This document shows positions 26,401 through 42,400 of a stretch of DNA of 64,000 nucleotides, piece after piece (position 1 is the first letter of the stretch; each line of letters opens with the position of its first letter). The notes beneath the pieces are model-generated. The model had not been told where the DNA came from. It did not search any database and worked only from the letters and a program-made list of their open reading frames with translations. The stretch lies in the NCBI RefSeq assembly GCF_009914755.1, contig NC_060933.1, one strand, 5' to 3'. Source of the DNA: the human T2T-CHM13v2.0 reference genome, Homo sapiens. Both the position numbers and the translations under genes were made by a program.

Positions 26401-29335
26401 GATTGCAATCGTGTTGATTCCATTCCATTCCATTCCATTCCATTCCATTCCATTCCATTCCATTCCATTCCATTCCATTGTACTCAGGTTGATTCCATTC
26501 CATTGCATTCCATTCCATTCCATTCCATTCCGTTGCATTCAATTACATTCAGCTTGATTCTATTCAACTCCCTTACTCTCCATTACATTCCATTCCATTC
26601 GTGTTTTCCATTCCATTCCATTCCATTCCACTCCATTCCATTGCACTCGGGTTGATTCCATTCCATTCCATTCCATTCCATTCCATTGCGGATGATTCCA
26701 TTCCATTGCATTCCATTCCATTACATTCCCCTGCACTCGCGTTGATTCCATTCCATTCCATTCAATTCCATTCCATTACAATTCGTTCCATTCCATTCTA
26801 TTCCGTACCATTCCATTCCATTCCATACCATTCCATTTCATTCCATTCCATTCCATTCCGTTCCATTCCGTTCCATTGCATTCCATTCCATTCTATTCGG
26901 GTTAATTCCATTCCATTCCATTCCATTCCATTCCATTCTATTCCATTCCATTGCAATCGAGTTGAATCCATTGCATTTCATTCCATTCCATTCCATTCCA
27001 TTCCGGAAGATTCCATTCCATTGCATTCCATTCCATTCCATTCCCCTGCACTCGCGTTGATTCCATTCCATTCCATTCCATTCCGTTCCGTTCCGTTCCG
27101 TTCCATTCCATTCCATTCCATTCCATTCCGTTCCGTTCCGTTCCGTTCCATTCCATTCCATTCCATTCTATTTGGGTTAATTCCATTCCATTCCATTCGA
27201 TTGCAATCGAGTTGATTCCATTCCATTCCATTCCATTCCATTCCATTCCATGCCATTCCTTTCCATTCCATTACGGATGATTCCATTCCATTGCATTCCA
27301 TTCCATTCCATTCCCCTGTACTCGGGTTGATTCCATTCCATTCCATTCCAATCCATGCCATTCCACTCGTGTTGATTCCATTCTTTCCATTCCATTCAAG
27401 TTGAATCCATTCCATTGCATTGCATTCCATTCGATTCCATTCGATTGCACTCGGGTTGATTCCATTCCATTCCATTCCATTCCATTCCATTCCATTCCGT
27501 TCCATTCCATTCCATTACATTCGGATTGATTCTATTCAATTCCCTTACACTCCATTACATTCCATTCCATTCGGGTAGTTTCCATTCGATTCCATTCCAT
27601 TCCTCTCCATTCGATTGCACTCGGGTTGATTCCATTCCATTGCATTCCATTGCATTCCATTCAATTCCATTCCGTTCCATTCCATTCCATTACATTCGGA
27701 ATGATTCTATTCAACTCCCTTTCTCTCCATTACATTCCATTCCATTCGGGTTGTTCCATTCCATTCCATTCCATTCCACTCCATTCCATTGCACTCGGGT
27801 TGATTCCATTCCATTCCATTCCATTCCATTCCGGAAGATTCCATTCCATTGCATTCCATTCCATTCCATTCCCCTGCACTCGCGTTGATTCCATTCCATT
27901 CCATTCCGTTCCGTTCCATTCCATTCCATTCCATTCCATTCCATTCCATTCCTTTCCGTTCCTTTCCATTCCATTCCATTCCATTCTATTCGAGTTAATT
28001 CCATTCCATTCCATTCGATTGCAATCGAGTTGATTCCATTCCATTGCATTCCATTCCATTCGATTCCATTCGATTGCACTCGGGTTGATTCCTTTCCATT
28101 GCATTGCATTCCATTCCATTCCATTCCATTCCATTCCATTCCATTCCGTTCCATTCCTTTCCATTATATTCGGATTGATTCTATTCAATTCCCTTACACT
28201 CCATTACATTGCATTCCATTCGGGTAGTTTCCACTCCATTCCATTCCATTCCTCTCCATTCCATTGCACTCGGTTTGATTCCATTCCATTGCATTCCATT
28301 CCATTCCATTCAATTCCATTCCTTTCCATTCCATTCCATTACATTCGGATTGATTCTATTCAACTCCCTTACTCTCCATTACATTCCATTCCATTCGGGT
28401 TGTTCCATTCCATTCCATTCCATTCCACGCCATTCCATTGCACTCGGGTTTATTCCATTCCATTCCATTCCATTCCATTCCGGAAGATTCCATTCCATTG
28501 CATTCCATTACATTCCATTCCCCTGCACTCGCGTTGATTCCATTCCATTCCATTCCATTCCATTCCATTCCATTGCATTCCGTTCCTTTCCATTCCATTC
28601 CATTCCATTCCATTCCATTCCATTCCGTTCCGTTCCATTCCATTCCATTCCATTCTATTTGGGTTAATTCCATTCCATTCCATTCTATTGCAATCGTGTT
28701 GATTCCAATCCATTCCATTCCATACCATTCCATTCCTTTCCATTCCTTTACGGATGGTTCCATTCCATTGCATTCCATTCCATTCCATTCCACTGTACTC
28801 GGGTTGATTCCATTCCATTGCATTCCAATCCATGCCATTCCACTCGTGTTGATTCCATTCTTTCCATTCCATTCAAGTTGAATCCATTCCATTGCATTCC
28901 ATTCCATTCGATTCCATTCGGTTGCACTCGGGTTGATTCCATTCCATTGCATTCCATTCCATTCCATTGCATTCCATTCCATTCCATTCCGTTCCATTCC
29001 ATTCCATTACATTCGGATTGATTCTATTCAATTCCCTTACACTCCATTACATTCCATTCCATTCGGGTAGTTTCCATTCCATTCCATTCCATTCCTCTCC
29101 ATTCCATTGCACTCGGGTTGATTCCAATCCATTGCATTCCATTCCATTCCATTCAATTCCATTCCGTTCCATTCCATTCCATTACATTCGGATTGATTCT
29201 ATTAAACTCCCTTACTCTCCATTACATTCCATTCCATTCGGGTTGTTCCATTCCATTCCATTCCATTCCACTCCATTCCATTGCACTCGGGTTTATTCCA
29301 TTCCATTCCATTCCATTCCATTCCATTCCATTCCA

Positions 29336-29348
29336 TTCCAGAAGATTC
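29336..29348. promoter_or_regulatory. CpG-free HSE variant TTCCAGAAGATTC
   Basis: A CG>CA change in the spacer removes the CpG but leaves all three nGAAn units intact. Confidence 0.55.
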
Positions 29349-32300
29349 CATTCCATTGCATTCCATTCCATTCCATTCCCCTGCACTCGCGTTCATTCCA
29401 TTCCATTCCATTCCATTCCATTCCATTCCTTTCCGTTCCATTCCATTCCATTCCATTCCATTCCATTCCATGCCATTCCGTTCCGTTCCGTTCCGTTCCA
29501 TTCCATTCCATTCCATTCTATTCGGGTTAATTCCATTCCATTCCATTCGACTGCATTCGAGTTGATTCCATTCCATTCCATTCCATTCCATTCCATTCCA
29601 TTCCATTCCATTCCTTTCCATTCCATTACGGATGATTCCATTCCATTGCATTCCATTCCATTCCATTCCCCTGTACTCGGGTTGATTCCATTCCATTCCA
29701 TTCCAATCCATGCCATTCCACTCGTGTTGATTCCATTCTTTCCATTCCATTCAAGTTGAATCCATTCCATTGCATTCCATTGCATTCCATTGCCCTGCAG
29801 TCGGGTTGATTCCATTCCATTCCGTTCCATTCCATTCCATTCCGTTCCGTTCCGTTCCATTCCATTCCATTCCATTCCATTCCATTCTATTCGGGTTAAT
29901 TCCATTCCATTCCATTCCATTCCATTCCATTCCAATCGAGTTGATTCAATTCCATTCCATTCCATTCCATTCCACTCCATTCCAGTCCTTCCCATTCCAT
30001 TCCACTCGGGTTGATTCCAATGTATTCCTTTCCATTCCATTCCATTCCATTGCAATCGAGTTGATTCCATTGCTTTGCATTCCATTCCATTCCATTCCAT
30101 TCCGGATGATTCCATTCCATTGCATTCCATTCCATTCCATTCCTCTGCACTCGGGTTGATTCCATTCCATTCCACTCCATTCCGTTCCATTCCATTCCAT
30201 TCCATTGTATTAGGGTTAATTCCATTCCATTCCATTCCATTCCACTCCATTCCATTCCATTCCATCACAATCGAGTTAGTTCCATTCCATTACATTCCAT
30301 TCCATTCCATTCCATTCCATTCCGGATGATTCCATTCGATTACATTCCGTTCCATTACATTCCCCTGCACTCGGGTTGACTCCATTCCATTCCATTCGAT
30401 TCCATTCCATTCCAATTCTTTCCATTCCATTCTATTCCGTACCATTCTATTCCATTCCATACCATTCCATTCCATTCCATTCCATTCCATTCCATTCCAT
30501 TCCGTTCCGTTCCGTTCCGTTCCATTCCAATCCATTCCATTTTATTCGGGTTAATTCCATTCCATTCCATTCCATTCCATTCTATTCCATTCCATTGCAA
30601 TCGAGTTGAGTCCATTTCATTCCATTCCATTCCATTCCGGAAGATTCCATTCCATTGCATTCCATTCCATTCCATTCCCCTGCACTCGCGTTGATTCCAT
30701 TCCATTCCATTCCATTCCATTCCATTCCGTTCTGTTCCATTCCATTCCATTCCATTCCATTCCATTCCGTTCCGTTCCATTCCATTCCATTCCATTCTAT
30801 TCGGGTTAATTCCATTCCATTCCATTCGATTGCAATCGAGTTGATTCCATTCCATTCCATTCCATTCCATTCCATTCCATTCCATTCCTTTCCATTCCAT
30901 TACGGATGATTCCATTCCATTGCATTCCATTCCATTCCATTCCCCTGTACTCGGGTTGTTTCCATTGCATTGCATTCCAATCCATGCCCTTCCACTCGTG
31001 TTGATTCCATTCTTTCCATTCCATTCAAGTTGAATCCATTCCATTGCATTCCATTCAATTCGATTCCATTCGATTGCACTCGGGTTGATTCCATTCCATT
31101 GCATTCCATTCCATTCCATTCCATTCCATTCCATTCCATTCCATTCCGGATGATTCCATTCCATTGCATTCCGTTCCATTACATTCCCCTGCACTCGCGT
31201 TGATTCCATTCCATTCCATTCCATTCCATTCCATTCAATTCCATTCCATTACAATTCGTTCCGTTCCATTCTATTCCGTACCATTCCATTCCATTCCATA
31301 CCATTCCATTCCACTCCATTCCATTCCATTCCGTTCCATTCCGTTCCATTCCATTCCATTCCATTCTATTCGGATTAATTCCAATCCATTCCATTCCATT
31401 GCATTCTATTCCATTCCATTGCAATCGAGTTGAATCCATTGCATTTCATTCCATTCCATTCCATTCCGGAATATTCCATTCCATTGCATTCCATTGCATT
31501 CCATTCCCCTGCACTCGCGTTGATTCCATTCCATTCCATTCCATTCCATTCCGTTCCGTTCCATTGCATTCCATTCCATTCCATTCCGTTCCGTTCCATT
31601 CCATTCCATTCCATTCAATTCGGGTTAATTCCATTCCATTCCATTCGATTGCAATCGAGTTGATTCCATTCCATTCCATTCCATTCCATTCCATTCCATT
31701 CCTTTCCATTCCATTACGGATGATTCCATTCCATTGCATTCCATTCCATTCCATTCCCCTGTACTCGGGTTGATTCCATTCCATTCCATTCCAATCCATG
31801 CCATTCCACTCGTGTTGTTTCCATTCTTTCCATTCCATTCAAGTTGATTCCATTCCATTGCATTCCATTCCATTCGATTCCATTCGATTGCATTCGGGTT
31901 GATTCCATTCCATAGCATTCCATTCCATTCCATTCCATTCCATTCCATTCCATTCCATTGCATTCGGATTGATTGTATTCAATTCCCTTACACTCCATTA
32001 CATTCCATTCCATTCGGGTAGTTTCCATTCCATTCCATTCCATTCCTCTCCATTCCATTGCACTCTGGTTGATTCCATTCCATTGCATTCCATTCCATTC
32101 CATTCCATTCCATTCCGTTGCATTCCATTCCATTACATTCGGATTGATTCTATTCAACTCCCTTACTCTCCATTCCATTCCATTCCATTCGGGTTGTTCC
32201 ATTCCATTCCATTCCATTCCACTCCATTACATTGCACTCGGGTAGATTCCATTCCATTCCATTCCATTCCATTCCATTCCATTCCATTCCATTCCATTCC

Positions 32301-33429
32301 ATTCCGGAAGATTCCATTCCATTTCATTGCATTCCATTCCATTCCCCTGCACTCGCGTTGATTCCATTCCATTCCATTCTATTCCATTCCATTCCCTTCC
32401 TTTCCGTTCCATTCCATTCCATTCCATTCCATTCCGTTCCATTCCATTCCATTCCATTCCATTCTATTCGGGTTAATTCCATTCCATTCCATTCGATTGC
32501 AATCGAGTTGATTCCATTCCATTCCATTCCATTCCATTCCATTCCATTCCATTCCTTTCCATTCCATTACGGATGATTCCATTCCATTGCATTCCATTCC
32601 ATTCCATTCCCCTGTACTCGGGTTGATTCCATTCCATTCCATTCCAATCCATGTCATTCCACTCGTGTTGATTCCATTCTTTCCATTCCATTCAAGTTGA
32701 ATCCATTCCATTGCATTCCATTCCATTCGATTCCATTCGATTGCACTTGGGTTGATTCCATTCCATTGCATTCCATTCCATTCCATTCCATTCCATTCCA
32801 TTCCATTCCGTTCCATTCCATTCCATTACATTCGGATTGATTCTATTCAATTCCCTTACATTCCATTACATTCCATTCCATTCGGGTAGTTTCCATTCCA
32901 TTCCATTCCATTCCTCTCCATTTCATTGAACTCGGGTTGATTCCATTCCATTGCATTCCATTCCATTCCATTCAATTCCATTCCGTTCCATTCCGTTCCA
33001 TTACATTCGGATTGATTCTATTCAACTCCCTTACTCTCCATTACATTCCATTCCATTCGGGTTGTTCCATTCCATTCCATTCCATTCCATTCCGTTCCGT
33101 TCCGTTCCGTTCCATTCCATTCCATTCCATTCTATTCGGGTTAATTCCATTCCATTCCATTCGATTGCAATCGAGTTGATTCCATTCCATTCCATTCCAT
33201 TCCATTCCATTCCATTCCATTCCTTTCCATTCCATTACGGATGATTCCATTCCATTGCATTCCATTCCATTCCATTCCCCTGCACTCGCGTTGATTCCAT
33301 TCCATTCCATTCCATTCCATTCCGTTCCGTTCCGTTCCGTTCCATTCCATTCCATTCCATTCCTTTCCATTCCGTTCCGTTCCATTCCATTCCATTCCAT
33401 TCTATTTGGGTTAATTCTATTCCATTCCA

Positions 33430-36410
33430 TTCGATTGCAATCGAGTTGATTCCATTCCATTCCATTCCATTCCATTCCATTCCATTCCTTTCCATTCCAT
33501 TACGGATGATTCCATTCCATTGCATTCCATTCCATTCCATTCCCCTGTACTCGGGTTGTTTCCATTCCATTCCATTCCAATCCATGCCATTCCACTCGTG
33601 TTGATTCCATTCTTTCCATTGCATTCAAGTTGAATCCATTCCATTGCATTCCATTCCATTCCATTCCCCTGCAGTCGGGTTGATTCCATTCCATTCCATT
33701 CCATTCCATTCCATTCCAATCAAGTTGATTCCATTCCATTCCATTCCATTGCATTCCATTCCATTCCACTCCATTCCAGTCCTTTCCATTCCATTCCACT
33801 CAGGTTGATTCCAATGTATTCCTTTCCATTCCATTCCATTCCACTGCAATCGAGTTGATTCCATTGCTTTGCATTCCATTCCATTCCATTCCATTCCGGA
33901 TGATTCCATTCCATTGCATTCCATTCCATTCCATTCCCCTGCACTTGGGTTGATTCCATTCCATTCCCCTCCATTCCATTCCTTTCCATTCTATTCCATT
34001 GTATTCGGGTTAATTCCATTCCATTCCATTCCATTCCATTCCATTCCATTCCATTCCATTCCATTCCATTCCATTACAATCGAGTTGACTCCATTCCATT
34101 CCATTCCATTCCAGTCCTTTCCATTCCATTCCACTCGGGTTGATTCCATTCTATTAGTTTCCATTCCATTCCATTCCCTTCCATTGTATTCGGGTTAATT
34201 CCATTCCATTCCATTCCATTCCATTCCATTCCGTTCCATTCCATTACAATCGAGTTGATTCCATTCCATTCCATTCCATTCCAGTCCTTTCCATTCCATT
34301 CCACTCGGGTTGATTCCATTCTATTAGTTTCCATTCCATTCCATTCCCTTCCATTCCACTCTGGTTGATTCCATTCCTTTCCATTCCACTCGAATACATT
34401 CCCTCCTATTCCACTCGGAACGATTCCATTCCATTCCATTCCATTCCATTCCATTCCATTCCATTCCATTCCATTTCGTTCCATTCCATTCTATTCCGTA
34501 TCATTCCATTCCATTCCATTCCATTAAATTCCATTCCATTCCATTGTACTCAGGTTAATTCCATTCCATTGCATTCCATTCCATTCCATTCCATTCCATT
34601 CCGTTGCATTCCATTCCATTACATTCGAATTGATTCTATTCAACTCCCTTACTCTCCATTACATTCCATTCCATTCGGGTTGTTCCATTCCATTCCATTC
34701 CATTCCACTCCATTCCATCGCACTCGGGTTGATTCCATTCCATTCCATTCCATTCCATTCCATTCCATTCCATTCCGGATGATTCCATTCCATTGCATTC
34801 CGTTCCATTACATTCCCCTGCACTAACGTTGATTCCATTCCATTCCATTCCATTCCATTCCATTCAATTCCATTCCATTACAATTCGTTCCATTCCATTC
34901 TATTCCGTACCATTCCAGTCCATTCCATACCATTCCATTCCATTCCATTCCATTCCATTCCATTCCATTCCGTTCCGTTCCGTTCCGTTCCGTTCCATTC
35001 CATTCCATTCCATTCCATTCGATTGCAATCGAGTTGATTCCATTTCATTCCATTCCATTCCATTCCATTCCATTACTTTCCATTCCATTACGGATGATTC
35101 CATTCCATTGCATTCCATTCCATTCCATTCCCCTGTACTCGGGTTGATTCCATTCCATTCCATTCCAATCCATGCCATTCCACTCGTGTTGATTCCATTC
35201 TTTCCATTCCATTCAAGTTGAATCCATTCCATTGCATTCCATTCCATTCCATTCCCCTGCAGTCAGGTTGATTCCATTCCATTCCATTCCATTCCATTCA
35301 ATTCCATTCCATTCCAATCAAGTTGATTCCATTACATTCCATTCCATTGCATTCCGTTCCATTCCACTCCATTCCAGTCCTTTCCATTCCATTCCACTCG
35401 GGTTGTTTCCAATGTATTCCTTTCCATTCCATTCCATTCCATTGCAATCGAGTTGATTCCATTGCTTTGCATTCCATTCCATTCCATTCCATTCCTGATG
35501 ATTCCATTCCATTGCATTCCATTCCATTCCCTTCCCCTGCACTCGGGTTGATTCCATTCCATTCCACTCCATTCCATTCCATTCCATTCCATTCCATTGT
35601 ATTCGGGTTAATTCCATTCCATTCCATTCCATTCCATTCCATTGCATTCCATTCCATTACAATCGAGTGATTCCATTCCATTCCATTCCATTCCAGTCCT
35701 TTCCATTCCATTCCACTCGGGTTGATTCCATTCTATTAGTTTCCATTCCATTCCATTCCCTTCCATTCCACTCTGGTTGATTCCATTTCTTTCCATTCCA
35801 CTCGAATACATTCCCTCCTATTCCACTCGGAACGATTCCATTCCATTCCATTCCATTCCATTCCATTCCATTCCATTCCATTCCATTCCATTCCATTTCG
35901 TTCCATTCCATTCTATTCCGTATCATTCCATTCCATTCCATTCCATTCCATTCCATTCCATTGTACTCGGGTTGATTCCATTCCATTGCATTCCATTCCA
36001 TTCCATTCCTTTCCATTCCGTTGCATTCCATTCCATTACGTTCGGATTGATTCTATTCAACTCCCTTACTCTCCATTACATTCCATTCCATTCGGGTTGT
36101 TCCATTCCATTCCATTCCATTCCACTCCATTCCATTGCACTCGGGTTGATTCCATTCCATTCCATTCCATTCCATTCCATTCCGGATGATTCCATTCCAT
36201 TGCATTCCGTTGCATTACATTCCCCTGCACTCACGTTGATTCCATTCCATTCCATTCCATTCCATTCCATTCAATTCCATTCCATTACAATTCGTTCCTT
36301 TCCATTCTATTCCGTACCATTCCATTCCATTCCATACCATTCCATTCCATTCCATTCCATTCCGTTCCATTCCATTCCTTTCCGTTCCATTCCGTTCCAT
36401 TCCATTCAAT
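33430..36410 (-). repeat. Older ~1.4-1.6-kb tandem duplication (copies ~33430-34990 and ~35020-36410)
   Basis: Same module order and shared variants: CCAATCAAGTT (33716/35314), CCGTATCATT (34496/35918), CACT(A/C)ACGTT (34821/36228). Confidence 0.75.
33996..34355 (-). repeat. ~170-185-bp local tandem duplication
   Basis: GTATTCGGGTTAATT at 34001/34186, and the CCAGTCCTTT...CTATTAGTTT block at 34111/34281. Confidence 0.8.
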
Positions 36411-39400
36411 TCGGATTAATTCCATTCCATTCCATTCCATTCCATTCTATTCCATTCCATTGCAATCGAGTTGAATCCATTGCATTTCATTCCATTCCAT
36501 TCCATTCCATTCCATTCCGGAAGTTTCCATTCCATTGCATTCCATTCCATTCCATTCCATTCAATTCCATTCCGTTCCATTCGATTCCATTACATTCGGA
36601 TTGATTCTATTCAACTCCCTTAGTCTCCATTACATTCCATTCCATTCCGGTTGTTCCATTCCATTCCATTCCATTCCACTCCATTCCATTGCACTCGGGT
36701 TTATTCCATACCATTCCATTCCATTCCATTGAATTCCATTCCATTCCGGAAGATTCCATTCCATTGCATTCCATTCCATTCCATTCCCCTGCACTCGTGT
36801 TGATTCCATTCCATTCCATTCCATTCCATTCCATTCCATTCCGTTCCGTTCCATTCCATTCCTTTCCATTCCATTCCATTCCATTCCTTTCCGTTCCATT
36901 CCATTCCATTCCATTGTATTCGGGTTAATTGCATTCCATTCCATTCGATTGCAATCGAGTTGATTCCATTCCATTCCATTCCATTCCATTCCATTCCTTT
37001 CCATTCCATTACGGATGATTCCATTCCATTCCATTCCATTCCATTCCATTCCAATCAAGTTGATTCCATTCCATTCCATTCCATTGCATTCCATTCCATT
37101 CCACTCCATTCCAGTCCTTTCCATTCCATTCCACTCGGGTTGATTCCAATGTAATCCTTTCCATTCCATTCCATTCCATTGCAATCGAGTTGATTCCATT
37201 GCTTTGCATTCCATTCCATTCGATTCCATTTTGGATGATTCCATTCCATTGCATTGCATTCCATTCCATTCCCCTGCACTCGGGTTGATTCCATTCCATT
37301 CCACTCCATTCCATTCCATTCCATTCCATTCCTTTGTATTCGGGTTAATTCCATTCCATTCCATTCCATTCCATTCCATTCCATTCCATTACAATCGAGT
37401 TGATTCCATTCCATTCCATTCCATTCCAGTCCTTTCCATTCCATTCCACTCGGGTTGATTCCATTCTATTAGTTTCCATTCCATTCCATTCCCTTCCATT
37501 GTATCCGGGTTAATTCCATTCCATTCCATTCCATTCCATTCCATTCCATTCCATTCCATTACAAACGAGTTGATTCCATTCCATTCCATTCCATTCCAGT
37601 CCTTTCCATTCCATTACGGATGACTCCATTCCATTGCATTCCATTCCATTCCATTCCTCTGTACTCGGGTTGATTCCATTCCATTCCATTCCACTCCATT
37701 CGGTTCCATTGCATTCCATTCTATTGCATTCCATTCTATTCCGGTTAATTCCATTCCATTCTATTCCATTCCATTCCATTCCATTCCCTTGCAATGGTGT
37801 TGATTCCATTCCATTCCATTCCATTCTGGATGATTCCATTTCATTGCATTCCATTCCATTCCATTCCCCTGCACTCGTGTTGATTCCATTCCCTTCCATT
37901 CCATTCCATTCCGTTCCATTCCGTTCCATTCCATTCCATTCCATTCTATTCCGGTTAATTCCATTCCATTCCATTCCATTCCATTCCATTCCATTCCATT
38001 CCATTGCAATCGAGTTGATTCCATTCCATTCCTTTCCATTCCGTTCCATTGCCTTGCATTCCACTCGGGTTGATTCCAATCCCTTCTTTCCACTCCATTA
38101 CATTCCCTTCCATGATTGATTCCATTCCATTCCATTCCATTTCATTCCATTGCAATCCATTCCAATCCATTCCATTCCATTCCATTCCACTCGAGTTGAG
38201 TTCATTCCATTGCTTTCCATTCTATTCCATTCCTTTCCACTCGAGTTGATTCCATTCCATTCCAATCCATTGCATTCCATTCCATGCCATTCCACTCGGG
38301 TTGATTCCATTCCTTTGCATTCCATTCCATTCCATTCCATTCCATTCCATTCCATTCCATTCCATTCCGTTGCATTCCATTCCATTACATTCGAATTGAT
38401 TCTATTCAACTCCCTTACTCTCCATTACATTCCATTCCATTCGGGTTGTTCCATTCCATTCCATTCCATTCCACTCCATTCCATTGCACTCGGGTTGATT
38501 CCATTCCATTCCATTCTATTCCATTCCATTCCATTCCGGATGATTCCATTCCATTGCATTCCGTTCCATTACATTCCCCTGCACTCGCGTTGATTCCATT
38601 CCATTCGATTCCATTCCATTCAATTCCATTCCATTACAATTCGTTCCATTCCTTTCTATTCCGTACCATTCCATTCCATTCCATACCATTCCATTCCATT
38701 CCATTCCATTCCATTCCATTCCATTCCATTCCATTCCGTTACATTTTGTTCCATTCCATTCCATTCCATTCTATTCGGGTTAATCCCATTCCATTCCATT
38801 CCATTCCATTCTATTCCATTCCATTGCAATCGAGTTGAATCCATTGCATTTCATTCCATTCCATTCCATTCCATTCCATTCCGGAAGATTCCATTCCATT
38901 GCATTCCGTTCCATGCCATTCCATTCCGTTCGGTTCCGTTCCATTCCATTCCATTCCATTCCATTCCATTCCGTTCCGTTCCATTCCATTCCATTCCATT
39001 CTATTCGGGTTAATTCCATTCCATTCCATTCGATTGCAATCATGTTGATTCCATTCCATTCCATTCCATTCCATTCCATTCCATTCCTTTCCATTCCATT
39101 ACGGATGATTCCATTCCATTCCATTCCATTCCATTCCATTCCCCTGTACTCGGGTTGATTCCATTCCATTGCATTCCAATCCATGCCCTTCCACTCGTGT
39201 TGATTCCATTCTTTCCATTCCATTCAAGTTGAATCCATTCCATTGTATTCCATTCCATTCGATTCCATTCGATTGCACTCGGGTTGATTCCATTCCATTG
39301 CATTCCATTCCATTCCATTACATTCGGATTGATTCTATTCAATTCCCTTACACTCCATTACATTCCATTCCATTCGGGTAGTTTCCATTCCATTCCATTC

Positions 39401-42400
39401 CATTCCTCTCCATTCCATTGCACTCGGGTTGATTCCATTCCATTGCATTCCATTCCATTCCATTCAATTCCATTCCGTTCTATTCCATTCCATTACATTA
39501 GGATTGACTCTATTCAACTCCCTTACTCTCCATTACATTCCATTCCATTCGGATTGTTCCATTCCATTCCATTCCATTCCACTCCATTCCATTGCACTCG
39601 GGTTTATTCCATTCCATTCCATTCCATTCCATTCCATTCCATTCCATTCCATTCCGGAAGATTCCATTCCATTGCATTCCATTCCATTCCATTCCCCTGC
39701 ACTCGCGTTGATTCCATTCCATTCCATTCCATTCCATTCCATTCCATTCCATTCCTTCCCGTTCCATTCCATTCCTTTCCATTCCATTCCATTCCATTCC
39801 ATTCCGTTCCGTTCCGTTCCGTTCCGTTCCGTTCCATTCCATTCCATTCTATTCGGGTTAATTCCTTTCCATTACATTCGATTGCAATCGAGTTGATTCC
39901 ATTCCATTCCATTCCATTCCATTCCATTCCATTCCATTCTATTCCTTTCCATTCCATTACGGATGATTGCATTCCATTGCATTCCATTCCATTCCATTCC
40001 CCTGTACTCGGGTTGATTCCATTCCATTCCATTCCAATGCATGCCATTCCACTCGTGTTGATTCCATTCTTTCCATTCCATTCAAGTTGAATCCATTCCA
40101 TTGCATTCCATTCCATTCCATTCCCCTGCAGTCGGGTTGATTCCATTCCATTCCATTCCATTCCATTCCATTCCATTCCATTCCGTTCCGTTCCGTTCCG
40201 TTCCATTCCATTCCATTCTATGCGGGTTAATTCCATTCCATTCCATTCCATTCCATTCCATTCCATTCCAATCGAGTTGATTCCATTCCATTCCATTCCA
40301 TTCCATTCCACTCCATTCCAGTCCTTTCCATTCCATTCCACTCGGGTTGATTCCAATGTATTCCTTTCCATTCCATTCCATTCTATTGCAATCGAGTTGA
40401 TTCCATTGCTTTGCATTCCATTCCATTCCATTCCATTCCGGATGATTCCATTCCATTGCATTCCATTCCATTCCATTCCCCTGCACTCGGGTTGATTCCA
40501 TTCCATTCAACTCCATTCCGATCCATTCCATTCCATTCCATTGTATTCGGGTTAATTCCATTCCATTCCATTCCATTCCATTCCATTCCATTCCATTACA
40601 ATGGAGTTGATTCCATTCCATTCCATTCCATTCCATTCCATTCCATTCCAGTCCTTTCCATTCCATTCCACTCGGGTTGATTCCATTCTATTAGTTTCCA
40701 TTCCATTCCATTCCCTTCCATTCCACTCTGGTTGATTCCATTCCTTTCAATTCCAATCGAATACATTCCCTCCTATTCCACTCGGAACGATTCCATTCCA
40801 TTCCATTCCATTTCGTTCCATTCCATTCCATTCTATTCTATTCGGGTTAATTCCATTCCATTCCATTCGATTGCAATCGAGTTGATTCCATTCCACTCTA
40901 TTCCATTCCATTCCATTCCATTCCATTCCTTTCCATTCCATTCCATTACGGATGATTGCATTCCATTGCATTCCATTCCATTCCATTGCCCTGTACTCGG
41001 GTTGATTCCATTCCATTCCATTCCAATCCATTCAATTCCACTCGTGTTGATTCCATTCTTTCCATTCCATTCAAGTTGAATCCATTCCATTGCATTCCAT
41101 TCCATTCCATTCCATTCCATTCCATTCCGTTCCATTCCATTCCATTACATTCGGATTGATTCTATTCAATTCCCTTACAATCCATTACATTCCATTGCAT
41201 TCGGGTAGTTTCCATTCCATTCCATTCCATTCCTCTCCATTCCATTGAACTCGGGTTGATTCCATTCCATTGCATTCCATTCCATTCCATTCAATTCCAT
41301 TCCGTTCCATTCCATTCCATTACATTCGGATTGATTCTATTCAACTCCCTTACTCTCCATTACATTCCATTCCATTCGGGTTGTTCCATTCCATTCCATT
41401 CCATTCCACTCCATTCCATTGCACTCGGGTTTATTCCATTCCATTCCATTCCATTCCATTCCATTCCATTCCGGAAGAATCCATTCCATTGCATTCCATT
41501 CCATTCCATTCCCCTGCACTCGCGTTGATTCCATTCCATTCCATTCCATTCCATTCCATTCCATTCCATTCCATTCCTTTCCGTTCCATTCCATTCCATT
41601 CCATTCCAATCCATTCCATTCCGTTCCGTTCCGTTCCATTCCATTCCATTCCATTCTATTCGGGTTAATTCCATTCCATTCCATTCGATTGCTATCGAGT
41701 TGATTCCATTCCATTCCATTCCATTCCATTCCATTCCATTCCATTCCATTCCTTTCCATTCCTTTCCATTCCATTACGGATGATTCCATTCCATTGCATT
41801 CCATTCCATTCCATTCCCCTGTACTCGGGTTGATTCCATTCCATTCCATTCGAATCCATGCCATTCCACTCGTGGTGATTCCATTCTTTCCATTCCATTC
41901 AAGTTGAATCCATTCCATTGCATTCCATTCCATTCCATTCCCCTGCAGTCGGGTTGTTTCCATTCCATTCCATTCCATTCCATTCCATTCCATTCCGTTC
42001 CGTTCCATTCCATTCCATTCCATTCTATTCGGTTTAATTCCATTCCATTCCATTCCATTCCATTCCAATGGAGTTGATTCCATTCCATTCCATTCCACTC
42101 CATTCCAGTCCTTTCCATTCCATTCCACTCGGGTTGATTCCAATGTATTCCTTTCCATTCCATTCCATTCCACTGCAATCGAGTTGATTCCATTGCTTTG
42201 TATTCCATTCCATTCCATTCCATTCCGGATGATTCCATTCCATTGCATTCCATTCCATTCCATTCCCCTGCACTCGGGTTGATTCCATTGCATTCCACTC
42301 CATTCCGTTCCATTCCATTCCATTCCATTGTATTCGCGTTAATTCCATTCCATTCCATTCCATTCCATTACAATCGAGTTGATTCCATTCCATTCAATTC

